Below are positions 1 through 8,982 of a stretch of 64,000 nt of DNA, one piece after another; position 1 is the stretch's first letter, and each line of letters starts with the position of its first letter. The stretch spans positions 2,285-66,284 of the forward strand of contig JAKUPZ010000005.1 of assembly GCA_022449765.1 (NCBI GenBank), given 5' to 3'. The position numbers and the translations under genes were made by a program. The notes beneath the pieces were generated by a model, which was not told the origin of the DNA, did no database searches, and was given only the letters and a program-made list of their open reading frames with translations. Source of the stretch: Dehalococcoidia bacterium (GTDB lineage: Bacteria > Chloroflexota > Dehalococcoidia > Lucifugimonadales > Australimonadaceae).

Positions 1-180
1 TTAGGAACCATCAAAGGATTTACTGCACCTTTTAGGGCAGTCAGCCCAATAGGTCCTGTTTTAGCTGGATTCATCCGTGACAAAACAGGAAGTTATGACC
101 TTGCGTTTATAATTTTCGCGTCCGTGGCAATTTTAATGCTGGTATTAATGCTTGGCGCGAAACAGCCTTCAAAAAAATGA
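1..180 (+). CDS. C-terminal fragment of a membrane transporter (MFS-like); 5' end outside window
   Basis: Frame 1 is open from base 1 to TGA at 178-180. The translation ...GPVLAGFIRDKTGSYDLAFIIFASVAILMLVLMLGAKQPSKK ends in a hydrophobic helix plus basic tail, like the last TM of MFS permeases. Family call is by resemblance only. Confidence 0.4.
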   Translation, partial: LGTIKGFTAPFRAVSPIGPVLAGFIRDKTGSYDLAFIIFASVAILMLVLMLGAKQPSKK

Positions 181-218
181 AAATGGACTGAGCCTTTGGC
201 TAAAAGCTCAGTCCATTT
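181..218. terminator. Bidirectional hairpin terminator between convergent transporter and Rieske genes
   Basis: Perfect 13-bp stem: AAATGGACTGAGC (181-193) pairs with GCTCAGTCCATTT (206-218), 12-nt loop, A/T runs on both sides. Confidence 0.6.
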
Positions 219-232
219 CAATTAACTATCGT

Positions 233-1543
233 TTACTGGTTTAACGAAGCGTGGGATTCAGTCCAAGGCTTAGCACCTACCCAGGTACTTAAAACTTTCT
301 CAATGCTTTCAACCATTTCATTCGACTCTCCCTGCTGAAGAGGCATATAACGCGTTGCCCAAGAAACATCTGATAATGCCTGCCATCTCTCCAAAGGTAA
401 ATCAATCCGTTCATTAACCTTAGGATCTCGTACAACTCCCATTGGATCAGCACCATCTGCAACTATTTCAGCCTGCTCCTTGAGAACTTTCCTATAGAGA
501 ATTATTCCTCTGTCAGATTCTCCAAGTTTCTCTTTTTCTCTTTCTGCATTCGATCCTTGAGTAATCCATGCTACGAAATCTTGGTGGTTAACCAAGTCTG
601 GTATCAATTCACCATTAGGCTCATATAAATTCACATACCAATATGGAATTCTTTCTTGAATAGGAGGCTGCGACCCTTCAGCTGCACGATAAAAAAACCA
701 TGTTATGTGCATGGTGTTTTCATCATCCACTGGAACCCGGTATTGTAAATTGCAATTCACAACGCTGCCCACAAACAATATATTGGGGAAAAGCACAGGA
801 TGGCCAACCGACCAATCATGGTCTTCTTCGGTAGTACCTTCAACCACGCGGCGCTTAATTAATCCGTAGTCAAAAATATCAAATCCAATTTTATGATGCT
901 TTCGGGGCACAGTAGGAAAAGTGTCAGCTTCAGCAAGACCCAATTTCACGGCCTTGTCCTGTTGCTGGCGCACACCCCAATAACCATGTAACCACTCAAG
1001 GTGTACAGGATCCATCGAATTCTCCATACACTGAAGCCAATTCACAGGAAGATTAACTAGCCCTATATCACACCAACCATCTTCCCATGCGAAAGTCTCC
1101 CATTTTGGCAACAACGGCGCAGGCTGGGGGCCTAGGTAGGCAAATAATAATCCGCCAAGTTCTTCGACAGGATATCCTGCGATTTTGACTTTTTCTTTGA
1201 ATCGACCATCAGGCCGCACAGTTTCCTCAAAAGGCTGTTCGATACACTGACCTGTCTCGTCCATCATCCAGCCGTGGTACATACATCGAAGGCCATTGTC
1301 TTCAGGTATCCCGTAGGAAAGATCAACGCGCCGGTGAGGGCAAAAGCGTTCAATCAAGCCAATCGTGCCGGATTTATCTTTGTAAAGGACTAAATCTTCA
1401 CCCAATATCCTGACTGGCTTGGTAGCCTTATCATCAAGTTCTGCAGCAGCAGCAATTGGGTGCCAATAACGGCGCATAAGTTCACCCATAGGCGTCCCTG
1501 GCATGATGCTCGTAAGAGCTTTATTTTCTTCTTGCGTCAGCAT
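233..1543 (-). CDS. Rieske [2Fe-2S] non-haem iron oxygenase, alpha-subunit type (paralogue 1)
   Basis: Rieske motif CPHRRVDLSYG..CMYHGW and mononuclear-iron motif ENSMDPVHLEWLH (E-x3-D-x2-H-x4-H). ORF-track start 1567 was replaced by the ATG at 1543, which has a perfect AAGGAGG 5 nt upstream and gives MLTQEENKAL.., matching the MLSTEINEKL.. N-terminus of the paralogue at 40520. Confidence 0.85.
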   Translation of the reverse strand: MLTQEENKALTSIMPGTPMGELMRRYWHPIAAAAELDDKATKPVRILGEDLVLYKDKSGTIGLIERFCPHRRVDLSYGIPEDNGLRCMYHGWMMDETGQCIEQPFEETVRPDGRFKEKVKIAGYPVEELGGLLFAYLGPQPAPLLPKWETFAWEDGWCDIGLVNLPVNWLQCMENSMDPVHLEWLHGYWGVRQQQDKAVKLGLAEADTFPTVPRKHHKIGFDIFDYGLIKRRVVEGTTEEDHDWSVGHPVLFPNILFVGSVVNCNLQYRVPVDDENTMHITWFFYRAAEGSQPPIQERIPYWYVNLYEPNGELIPDLVNHQDFVAWITQGSNAEREKEKLGESDRGIILYRKVLKEQAEIVADGADPMGVVRDPKVNERIDLPLERWQALSDVSWATRYMPLQQGESNEMVESIEKVLSTWVGAKPWTESHASLNQ

Positions 1544-1640
1544 AGCTGCCTCCTTGTACGTCGCCATTTTAATGCAACTAAACGTTGCATTTCATTATCG
1601 GGGCTTACTATATTCTACATATGTTCTTTATAATCAGCCC

Positions 1641-2153
1641 ATGCACTGGTCAGACATTACCATTAGTTCACTCAGATCGCATAGTATTTTTCATGCTACT
1701 TATGTTCCTGACGCTATAAATTGGAACATTCTGTCTAAACTTGAAAATGATGCTGATTTTAAAGTTATACCTGCCACCCGAGAAGAAGAGGCGATTGGTA
1801 TCGCAGCAGGAATATATGCTGGCGGCCAAAAGTCCGCAATGTTCATGCAAAGTAGCGGGTTTGGAAATACCGTTAACGCATTAGCCCAACTTCTTGTTGC
1901 TTACAGAATACCGGTACCTCTATTTATAGGAATGCGGGGTGGCCTGGGAGAATTCAATGAGGTTCAAGTTCCTTCTGCTCGGCCAATCCCAGCCATTCTG
2001 GAGACGCTGAATATCCAGTACTATGCTCCTCTTAATGAACAAGATGTCGAGCAATATGTTAATGGTGCAATTGAACTAAGCTACGCTAGCAGGATGCCCG
2101 TAGCAATTCTCTGGTACTCCCAACTTGTAGGAGCAAAACGTGCTACGTCGTGA
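1641..2153 (+). CDS. comD: Sulfopyruvate/phosphonopyruvate decarboxylase family, alpha (ComD-like) subunit
   Basis: ..IPATREEEAIGIAAGIYAGGQKSAMFMQSSGFGN.. aligns by eye with archaeal ComD (N-terminal pyrimidine-binding half of a ThDP enzyme). The start was moved to ATG 1641 (MHWSD..) because the 1503 start would overlap the divergent Rieske gene. Overlaps the next gene by 14 nt. Confidence 0.65.
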   Translation: MHWSDITISSLRSHSIFHATYVPDAINWNILSKLENDADFKVIPATREEEAIGIAAGIYAGGQKSAMFMQSSGFGNTVNALAQLLVAYRIPVPLFIGMRGGLGEFNEVQVPSARPIPAILETLNIQYYAPLNEQDVEQYVNGAIELSYASRMPVAILWYSQLVGAKRATS

Positions 2154-2700
2154 CGGCTTAAAAATTATTCAAGAGCAAATTACTAATGAACCAGTAATTG
2201 CAAATCTTGGCCCCTCCACGTTTGATCTTCATTCATCCGGTGATCGAGATGCGAATCTCTATACCTGGGGAGCAATGGGGCTGGTCTCTTCGATCGGCCT
2301 AGGGGTAGCCATATCAGCACCCCAAACTAAGGTAATAGTCACCGATGGAGATGGTTCCCTGCTGATGAATTTAGGTTCACTTGCAACTATTGCTCGGCAG
2401 TCTCCCAAAAATCTAATTCACATAGTCTGGGATAATCAAATGTGGTACGAGACGGGAGGACAAGCTACGCATACATCTACAGGTACCAGCTTAGCAGGTA
2501 TCGCAAAGGCTTCTGGCATAAAAAATGTGCTTGAAGTCTCTACGGCGGAAGAATTCAAGGCTGCTCTTACAATGGCATTAAATAATGAAGGGCCCTGGTT
2601 TATACATGCAGCGGTTGAAGAATTGAACGAGAAGCGTAATCGGCCTGAAGTTATGGTCGAGGAAAATTTGCTGCGATTTAGAAGAGTATTCCTAGGTTAA
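2140..2700 (+). CDS. comE: Sulfopyruvate/phosphonopyruvate decarboxylase family, beta (ComE-like) subunit
   Basis: ThDP-binding motif GDGSLLMNLGSLATI..N. The 186-aa size and position after the alpha subunit match the split ComDE arrangement. Confidence 0.7.
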   Translation: MLRRDGLKIIQEQITNEPVIANLGPSTFDLHSSGDRDANLYTWGAMGLVSSIGLGVAISAPQTKVIVTDGDGSLLMNLGSLATIARQSPKNLIHIVWDNQMWYETGGQATHTSTGTSLAGIAKASGIKNVLEVSTAEEFKAALTMALNNEGPWFIHAAVEELNEKRNRPEVMVEENLLRFRRVFLG

Positions 2701-2718
2701 ATCTATAAATCACATAAT

Positions 2719-2752
2719 TAATAAAGGGGGGATTTAGGTCCCCCCTTTATTA
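2719..2752. terminator. Bidirectional intrinsic terminator (comE / glnII convergent)
   Basis: Perfect 14-bp stem: TAATAAAGGGGGGA (2719-2732) pairs with TCCCCCCTTTATTA (2739-2752), 6-nt loop, A/T-rich flanks. Confidence 0.65.
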
Positions 2753-2755
2753 ATT

Positions 2756-3766
2756 TTACTTGCTTAATGCAGCCCCTACAGTCTCTACAATCAACCTAGT
2801 TACAGTATATGGATCCATATTGGCATTCGGTCGCCTATCCTCAATATAGCCTTTCCCGTCAACTTCAACTTGCCAAGGAATACGAACGGAAGCACCTCTG
2901 TTTGATAACCCGTACGAAAATTCCCTAAACGAAGCTGTTTCGTGTTGTCCCGTGAGTCGATGCTCAATACCGTAACCGTAATTCTCAATATGCAAATCGT
3001 GGCGAGTAGAAAGCGCCTCTGCGGCATCAATATTAGGCTGATACTCTGATCTCATAGCCTTTGTTGAGAAATTAGTGTGTGCCCCTGCCCCATTCCAGTC
3101 ACCACGTACTGGTTTTGGGTCGAGAGTTGGACTAATGTCATATTCTTCTGCAATTCTGTATAGCAACCAACGAGCTATCCATAAGTGATCTGAAACCTCT
3201 AGAGCAGACAGTGGGCCTACTTGGAACTCCCACTGACCTGGCATAACTTCTGCATTGATGCCTGCTATACCTAACCCAGCATCCAGGCAAGCATCTAAAT
3301 GATCTTCTACAACATCACGTCCAAAGATTTCATTGGAGCCTACTCCGCAGTAATAGCCCCCTTGAGGTTCTGGGTAACCGCCTTTTTCGGGAAACCCTAG
3401 CGGACGTACTCCATCCCCATCAAAAAAAGTGTATTCCTGTTCAATTCCAAACAGGAATTCCTGACTCGCGTATTTCTCTTGTGCCGCAGCACATGCAGCA
3501 CGTGTGTTCGTTGGATGTGGCGACATATCTGTTAGTAATACTTCGCACATCACAAGAACATTGGGTTCACCGCGTATCGGATCAGGGCAGCTAAAAACTG
3601 GCCTTAAAACACAGTCAGATGCTTCACCAGGAGCTTGGTTCGTAGAAGATCCATCAAATCCCCAAATAGGCAAATCTGCTCCATCCTGGAGTATTTTTGT
3701 CTTCGATCGAATTTTTGCAGTTGGCTGTGTTCCGTCTATCCATATGTATTCGGCACGATAAGTCAT
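2756..3766 (-). CDS. glnII: Glutamine synthetase type II (eukaryote-like GSII)
   Basis: 336 aa. N-terminus MTYRAEYIWIDG.. and ..GINAEVMPGQWEFQVGP.. are hallmark GSII sequences. Strong SD (AGAGGGGGA) upstream of the ATG. Confidence 0.85.
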   Translation of the reverse strand: MTYRAEYIWIDGTQPTAKIRSKTKILQDGADLPIWGFDGSSTNQAPGEASDCVLRPVFSCPDPIRGEPNVLVMCEVLLTDMSPHPTNTRAACAAAQEKYASQEFLFGIEQEYTFFDGDGVRPLGFPEKGGYPEPQGGYYCGVGSNEIFGRDVVEDHLDACLDAGLGIAGINAEVMPGQWEFQVGPLSALEVSDHLWIARWLLYRIAEEYDISPTLDPKPVRGDWNGAGAHTNFSTKAMRSEYQPNIDAAEALSTRHDLHIENYGYGIEHRLTGQHETASFREFSYGLSNRGASVRIPWQVEVDGKGYIEDRRPNANMDPYTVTRLIVETVGAALSK

Positions 3767-3799
3767 TTTTCCCCCTCTTTAAGACGCTGTCTCATTTTA

Positions 3800-4474
3800 C
3801 TAATTTTCTATAATTTCAATAGTGTGTATCTTGTCCCCGCTATTTGCAGCTGTTTGCGGGTCTCTTACGCTTATGCTCATCAACACATCAATGCCCTCTA
3901 TAACTTCCCCGAAAACCGCGTGGCGATTGTCTAGGTGAGGAGTAGGACCGTGTGTAATAAAGAACTGTGAACCATTTGTGTTCGGCCCCGCATTTGCCAT
4001 CGATAATATACCTGCTTTGTCGTGGCGCAGATCAGGATGGAATTCATCATTGAAGCGATACCCTGGACCTCCCATCCCAGAACCCGTAGGGTCGCCCCCT
4101 TGAGCCATAAAATTAGGAATTACCCTGTGGAAAGTGGTTTCATCATAAAACCCTTCCCTCGAAAGAAAGATAAAATTATTGACCGTATTCGGAACCTGAG
4201 CTGCAAACAATTTAATGCCAATATCACCTTTTTCAGTTTTAAATACTGCTGTATAGCTTTTGCTTGAATCTATAGCCATTGCTGGCGCACTATCATACTG
4301 TTTTGACATCTTAGCTCCGTCGTCTTTATTTTTTTCTAAAGGTGTAGCAGTCGGAGCAATAGTAGGTGTAGGAGTTGCTTCAGCTCCACATCCAGTCAAT
4401 ACTCCAGATATAATCATACAAACCACAGCAAGCTTACAGAGTAGTTTGAATTTCATAAGTGCGTACCTATTCAT
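3800..4474 (-). CDS. Cyclophilin-type peptidyl-prolyl cis-trans isomerase, lipoprotein
   Basis: [22 protein letters not shown] cyclophilin signature. N-terminal signal peptide with lipobox LTGC. Confidence 0.85.
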   Translation of the reverse strand: MNRYALMKFKLLCKLAVVCMIISGVLTGCGAEATPTPTIAPTATPLEKNKDDGAKMSKQYDSAPAMAIDSSKSYTAVFKTEKGDIGIKLFAAQVPNTVNNFIFLSREGFYDETTFHRVIPNFMAQGGDPTGSGMGGPGYRFNDEFHPDLRHDKAGILSMANAGPNTNGSQFFITHGPTPHLDNRHAVFGEVIEGIDVLMSISVRDPQTAANSGDKIHTIEIIEN

Positions 4475-4538
4475 CTATTTCCTAATGAGGTTAAGTGGTA
4501 ATGACTCGCTTCACAAGTGAAAAATCACCTATGTGCAC

Positions 4539-4559
4539 AAATCGTAACAAAATCGTAAC
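4539..4559. repeat. Tandem direct repeat AAATCGTAAC x2 (11-nt period) upstream of the LLM gene
   Basis: AAATCGTAAC at 4539-4548 and again at 4550-4559, ending 17 nt before ATG 4576. Candidate transcription-factor site in the ppiase/LLM divergent region. Confidence 0.3.
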
Positions 4560-4575
4560 GAAGTAATAAAGAATA

Positions 4576-5496
4576 ATGCAATTCGGATTACACCTACCAA
4601 TACATAGAGCCGGCCAAGATAATCGAGGTGATTTCACCAATCATTTATCAAAAAAAGCCGAATGGGCTGAAAGTGTAGGCTTTCAATGCATTTCAGTGCT
4701 TGATCATCTGGCCCCATTTCACAAGGTAGGCAGTGCAGAAAGCCCAGTCCTAGATTGTTGGACCATACTCGGGGCATTAGCTGCATTTACTTCAAATACA
4801 AAATTGATGCCGCTAGTAAGTAATTCGTCAATCAGGCATCCAAGCATGATCGCAAAATCTTCAGCTAGTTTAGATATGCTCTCTGGTGGCCGAATGCAGC
4901 TGGGAATTGGAGCTGGTGGGTACAAACCGGAGTATGCTCAGCATGGATTTCCTTACCCAACAAAGCCTCAAAGATATGAGATTTTAAATGAGTCTATCCA
5001 AATAATCAGGCAACTCTGGTCCGGTCCTGACCAATATTTTCAAGGGTCCCATCATCAGCTTTCGGGGGCAACAATCTCTCCAAGGCCAATTACTTCGCCA
5101 TTAATTCTTGTTGGGGGCAACAGCCTGGAGATAATGGATATTGCAGCCTCTAAAGCAGATGCAGTCAATATGGTCATGCCCAGCCTTGGAATTTTACAAA
5201 GGAATAAGCTTTATCTTGATCAAAAATCACATGGCTATCAAAGGCAGCCGTTGCAGCTAACAACATTGGAACGAGTAGTCATCGGGGAGACTGATAGCAA
5301 AATACACTCAAAATTAAATAAATTACTTCCCCCAAACACACATCCAGATCGTGGTTTAACCGGATCCATAGAAACTGTCTTAACTAAAATCGCCAATATG
5401 GAAAGGCACGGCGTAAGTTTCATCTATATATTCTTTGAAGAGGATGACGAAGAGTCTTACAATTTATTTCAAAGCAGAATTATTACTGAGTTTTAG
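4576..5496 (+). CDS. Luciferase-like (LLM class) flavin/F420-dependent oxidoreductase
   Basis: 306 aa. Sequence character typical of LLM TIM-barrel proteins (..FQCISVLDHL.., ..LGIGAGG..). Cofactor and substrate are unknown. Confidence 0.7.
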   Translation: MQFGLHLPIHRAGQDNRGDFTNHLSKKAEWAESVGFQCISVLDHLAPFHKVGSAESPVLDCWTILGALAAFTSNTKLMPLVSNSSIRHPSMIAKSSASLDMLSGGRMQLGIGAGGYKPEYAQHGFPYPTKPQRYEILNESIQIIRQLWSGPDQYFQGSHHQLSGATISPRPITSPLILVGGNSLEIMDIAASKADAVNMVMPSLGILQRNKLYLDQKSHGYQRQPLQLTTLERVVIGETDSKIHSKLNKLLPPNTHPDRGLTGSIETVLTKIANMERHGVSFIYIFFEEDDEESYNLFQSRIITEF

Positions 5497-5500
5497 GTTC

Positions 5501-6295
5501 TTATGCACCATAAAACGACTTCCCGTTTAATCTGAAAATTCTTGCAAATTGATCGTCAGTCAGCGGGCTAACGGCTTCCAAAAGGGCACTTAATACCGAA
5601 CCGTAATCACCTATCTTAGGATCTAATGCGCTGTCTCCCCCGTAAACAACTCGTGAATACCCAAAAAGCCTCATTACGGGTTCGACAAATATTTTCAAAT
5701 GCGCCGAACTCCAATTAGGAAGAGTATCCAGACTAAGAATTCCATTCAATTTCACATAGACATTCTTTGCAGTAGCTAAATTCATCATATACACACCCCA
5801 CGGTTCTCTTTCGTTTCGAGCGATATATGGTGATCCAATATTCGTGAGCATAATTTTTAATTCGGGAATAAGCATTGCCAGTTCTTGGACCGAAGGGATT
5901 TGACGTGGCTCCAAAGACAAATCAAGGCTTAATCCATTTTCAGGTAGCAATTTTAAATTTTTTACGATCTCATCCCTAACAAGCCAATGGTTATCTTGGT
6001 GAGACCCAATTGGAAGGAATACTCCTTTAGTTTTCGCGTATTCCTTTAGAGTAGTAATAGATGATTTAAAGGATTTAGACTCTAAATCCACCCACACGGA
6101 AGCTGCAGATATATGGAGAGAATCTTCAGCAAATTTCAGTGCATTTTCTGTCGCTTGGAATTCTGGGGTTTCTTGGACCAAGACTAAACCCTCGATATTG
6201 AACTCCGACCGCAGTTTTTCAATGTCACTGCTTACTGGTTTGATATAGCTAAAATGTGAGTCAAAAACAGGAGATAAATTCATAAGCGTGCCCAT
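5501..6295 (-). CDS. Amidohydrolase-2 (COG3618-like TIM-barrel hydrolase) family protein, possibly with degenerate metal ligands
   Basis: Layout resembles amidohydrolase_2 (N-terminal FDSHFSY in place of the usual xDxHxH, ..VKLNG.., ..YGGDSA..). Several expected His ligands appear to be substituted. Confidence 0.45.
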   Translation of the reverse strand: MGTLMNLSPVFDSHFSYIKPVSSDIEKLRSEFNIEGLVLVQETPEFQATENALKFAEDSLHISAASVWVDLESKSFKSSITTLKEYAKTKGVFLPIGSHQDNHWLVRDEIVKNLKLLPENGLSLDLSLEPRQIPSVQELAMLIPELKIMLTNIGSPYIARNEREPWGVYMMNLATAKNVYVKLNGILSLDTLPNWSSAHLKIFVEPVMRLFGYSRVVYGGDSALDPKIGDYGSVLSALLEAVSPLTDDQFARIFRLNGKSFYGA

Positions 6296-6415
6296 AATAC
6301 ATTATCGCTGCATCCTTCTTAAATTATTTAGAAGTGGACTCAGCATTTCTATATAGATATGGTATCGTCAGAATGCTTCTAGCCTCCAGTTTCTTAGAAT
6401 TCACACGAAGGAAGG

Positions 6416-6886
6416 TTGCGATTGAAAATAGCTATTGCTGCAGATCATGCGGGTTTCAATTTAAAAGCTGAAGTTATAAATATTATCCAAAATTTGGGAC
6501 ATCAAGTCGAAGACCTAGGTGCTCATAATTATGACCCTGACGATGACTATCCCGATTTTGCCAAACTGGTAGGCATAGCCGTAATGAACAAGTCTGCTGA
6601 TCGTGGCATTATCGTCTGCGGTAGTGGAGTTGGGGCAAGTGTAGCTGCAAATAAAATATCCGGTATACGTGCTGCGGTATGCCACGATACCTATTCTGCA
6701 CATCAAGGCGTCGAACATGATGATATGAACGTTCTTTGCCTGGGTGGCAGGATTATTGGGATTGAACTTGTGCATGAAATTTTGGAATCCTTCGTATCCG
6801 CTAAATTTTCTGGCGAGGAACGCCATTTACGTCGCCTAGGTAAAGTTATTGAACTTGAGAAAAATTCGAAGAGCAGCGATTCATAA
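6416..6886 (+). CDS. rpiB: Ribose-5-phosphate isomerase B
   Basis: TTG start after GAAGGAAGG. MRLKIAIAADHAGFNLK.. and ..CGSGVGASVAANK.. are typical of the RpiB/LacAB family. Confidence 0.85.
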   Translation: MRLKIAIAADHAGFNLKAEVINIIQNLGHQVEDLGAHNYDPDDDYPDFAKLVGIAVMNKSADRGIIVCGSGVGASVAANKISGIRAAVCHDTYSAHQGVEHDDMNVLCLGGRIIGIELVHEILESFVSAKFSGEERHLRRLGKVIELEKNSKSSDS

Positions 6887-7977
6887 TGACAGTACTTATC
6901 CAAAATCTATCTCTGGGACAATCGACATGGATCGACTTTATACAGCGCTCCATGCTCCTATCCGGAGAATTCGAAGATTTAATTGCGAAAGGAGTTACTG
7001 GGCTTACTTCGAATCCTACAATATTTCAGAAAGCCATCACTACGAGCTCAGATTATGATTCTGACCTTAAGCACTATTCTCAATTGGAAAAAACACCATT
7101 CGAAATTTTTGAAGCACTTACTGTTCAAGATATACAAACTGCTGCAGATATTCTCTTACCCATATATCAAAAATCTAATTACAAAGATGGTTTTGTATCG
7201 TTAGAAGTTCGCCCCTCTCTATCACATGACACTGAGGGTACGGTAGCTGAAGCCAATCGATTATGGAGACTCATTGATCGACCTAATGCAATGATCAAGG
7301 TTCCAGCTACAAACGAAGGTATAAAAGCGCTAAAAATCTTAATTTCTCAGCAGATCAATATAAACGTAACTCTAATTTTTTCACTCAACGCATACACCAA
7401 TGTAATGGATTCTTATATCGAAGGCTTACTAGAGTTAAACGCTGCTGGAAAGGATATATCTCGCGTTGCATCAGTAGCTTCTTTCTTTGTGAGCAGGGTA
7501 GATACTGCCATCGATTCACAGCTAGCAGAGCAATCCGAACTGCGAGGAAAGGCTGCTATTGCAAATGCAAAAGTTGCTTATCAAAAATTCGAAAAAAAGT
7601 TTCTTGAATCGGATTTCCAAAAATTAAGAACTCTAGGTGCGCAATATCAACGCCCTCTTTGGGCCAGTACGAGTACCAAAAATCCCCAATATCCCGACAC
7701 TCTTTACGTTGATAATTTGGTCGGGCCTTACTCAGTCAATACTATGCCCCCAGAAACTTTGAATGCTGTTCTGGATCACGGAAAATCTGCAATAACAATT
7801 TCGGACGGAACTTCCGACGCAGATAAAACCTTACTGGAGTTATCAGAAAGTGGAATAAGTATGGAAAAAGCAACTGATAGGCTTTTAGCCGAAGGTATAA
7901 CTGCTTTTTCGAAGTCCTTTGATGAAGTTATTCTAAGCATCAAAGAACGCTGCGAAGAATTCGCGGCCGCCAAGTAA
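6886..7977 (+). CDS. tal: Transaldolase
   Basis: 363 aa with ..GVTGLTSNPTIFQKAI.. and ..AMIKVPATNEGI.. (Schiff-base Lys context). The start overlaps the rpiB stop (TAATG). Confidence 0.85.
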   Translation: MTVLIQNLSLGQSTWIDFIQRSMLLSGEFEDLIAKGVTGLTSNPTIFQKAITTSSDYDSDLKHYSQLEKTPFEIFEALTVQDIQTAADILLPIYQKSNYKDGFVSLEVRPSLSHDTEGTVAEANRLWRLIDRPNAMIKVPATNEGIKALKILISQQININVTLIFSLNAYTNVMDSYIEGLLELNAAGKDISRVASVASFFVSRVDTAIDSQLAEQSELRGKAAIANAKVAYQKFEKKFLESDFQKLRTLGAQYQRPLWASTSTKNPQYPDTLYVDNLVGPYSVNTMPPETLNAVLDHGKSAITISDGTSDADKTLLELSESGISMEKATDRLLAEGITAFSKSFDEVILSIKERCEEFAAAK

Positions 7978-8006
7978 ATTGAACGACATCCCTGAGGAGG
8001 GCCAAC

Positions 8007-8921
8007 ATGGAAGTAGGAATGATTGGTCTAGGCCGTATGGGAGCAAATATGGCAATACGCCTAAGCAGAAACAATCACAATGTATATGCATATGACAGAG
8101 ATCCTGATACGCGTTCCTCGCTGCAATCTAACTCCAAATCCATCACCATCGTTGATTCACTTGAAGATTTGGCCGCATCTCTAAATCCGCCTCGCTTTGT
8201 AGTCGTAATGGTTCCATCAGGCAACCCAACAGAAGCCACAATAGCCGCTCTCAGTGATGTATTAGCTGAAGGAGACGTAGTTATAGAGGGGGGGAATTCC
8301 AATTACAAGGATTCCATGCGTAGAGGGGCAAGCCTCAAACATCAAGGTATCAAAATGATAGATGCAGGGATTAGCGGAGGTGTCTGGGGCCTAGATCAAG
8401 GGTATTGCTTGATGGTTGGCGGTGATACAGAAGCAGTATCGGTAGCCGAACCTATTTTTCGATCGCTTGCACCTACTCATGATTCTGGGTTTGCGCATGT
8501 TGGTCAATTAGGTGCGGGTCATTTTACTAAAATGATTCATAATGCAATTGAATATGGCCTTATGCAAGCATACGCTGAAGGGTTTGAATTAATGAGCGCC
8601 AAGGATTTATTTGATTTAGACCTTGCTCAAATCGCGGAGGTTTGGCGACACGGCAGTGTCATTCGGTCTTGGCTTCTAGATCTTACTGCGACTGCACTAC
8701 ACGAAGAATCTGACCTAGGATCGATTGAACCTTGGGTCGAAGATTCTGGAGAAGGCCGTTGGGCCATTGAGGAGTCAGTTGATCTCGCTATTCCTGTTCC
8801 AGTAATGGCAATGGCGCTTCAAGCACGATTCCGATCACGCGATGAATCCCAATTCGGTTTTAAATTACTTGCAGCCATGCGTAATCAGTTTGGTGGACAC
8901 TCTATACGTAGAAAAAAGTAA
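8007..8921 (+). CDS. gnd: 6-phosphogluconate dehydrogenase (decarboxylating), short ~300-aa form
   Basis: Rossmann N-terminus MIGLGRMGANMA, ..GGNSNYKD.., ..GAGHFTKMIHNAIEYG... SD GAGGAGGG upstream. Confidence 0.8.
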   Translation: MEVGMIGLGRMGANMAIRLSRNNHNVYAYDRDPDTRSSLQSNSKSITIVDSLEDLAASLNPPRFVVVMVPSGNPTEATIAALSDVLAEGDVVIEGGNSNYKDSMRRGASLKHQGIKMIDAGISGGVWGLDQGYCLMVGGDTEAVSVAEPIFRSLAPTHDSGFAHVGQLGAGHFTKMIHNAIEYGLMQAYAEGFELMSAKDLFDLDLAQIAEVWRHGSVIRSWLLDLTATALHEESDLGSIEPWVEDSGEGRWAIEESVDLAIPVPVMAMALQARFRSRDESQFGFKLLAAMRNQFGGHSIRRKK

Positions 8922-8982
8922 AGGCTTCAAATAGCTTCCCCATAGGCTCACTTGAAAAGCTTTCGACTGCTAAACTGTTGGC

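Noticed and set aside
1503-1640. N-terminal 46-aa extension of the ComD-like ORF (and similar extensions at 10986, 20873, 36580, 49759, 56279, 57489 and 60453)
   Set aside because: The extensions overlap neighbouring genes or lack an SD. Internal starts have good SDs and give N-termini matching the known families.
8922-8982. glmS ribozyme upstream of glmS
   Set aside because: The gap is only 61 nt, far shorter than the ribozyme, and lacks its conserved core sequences.
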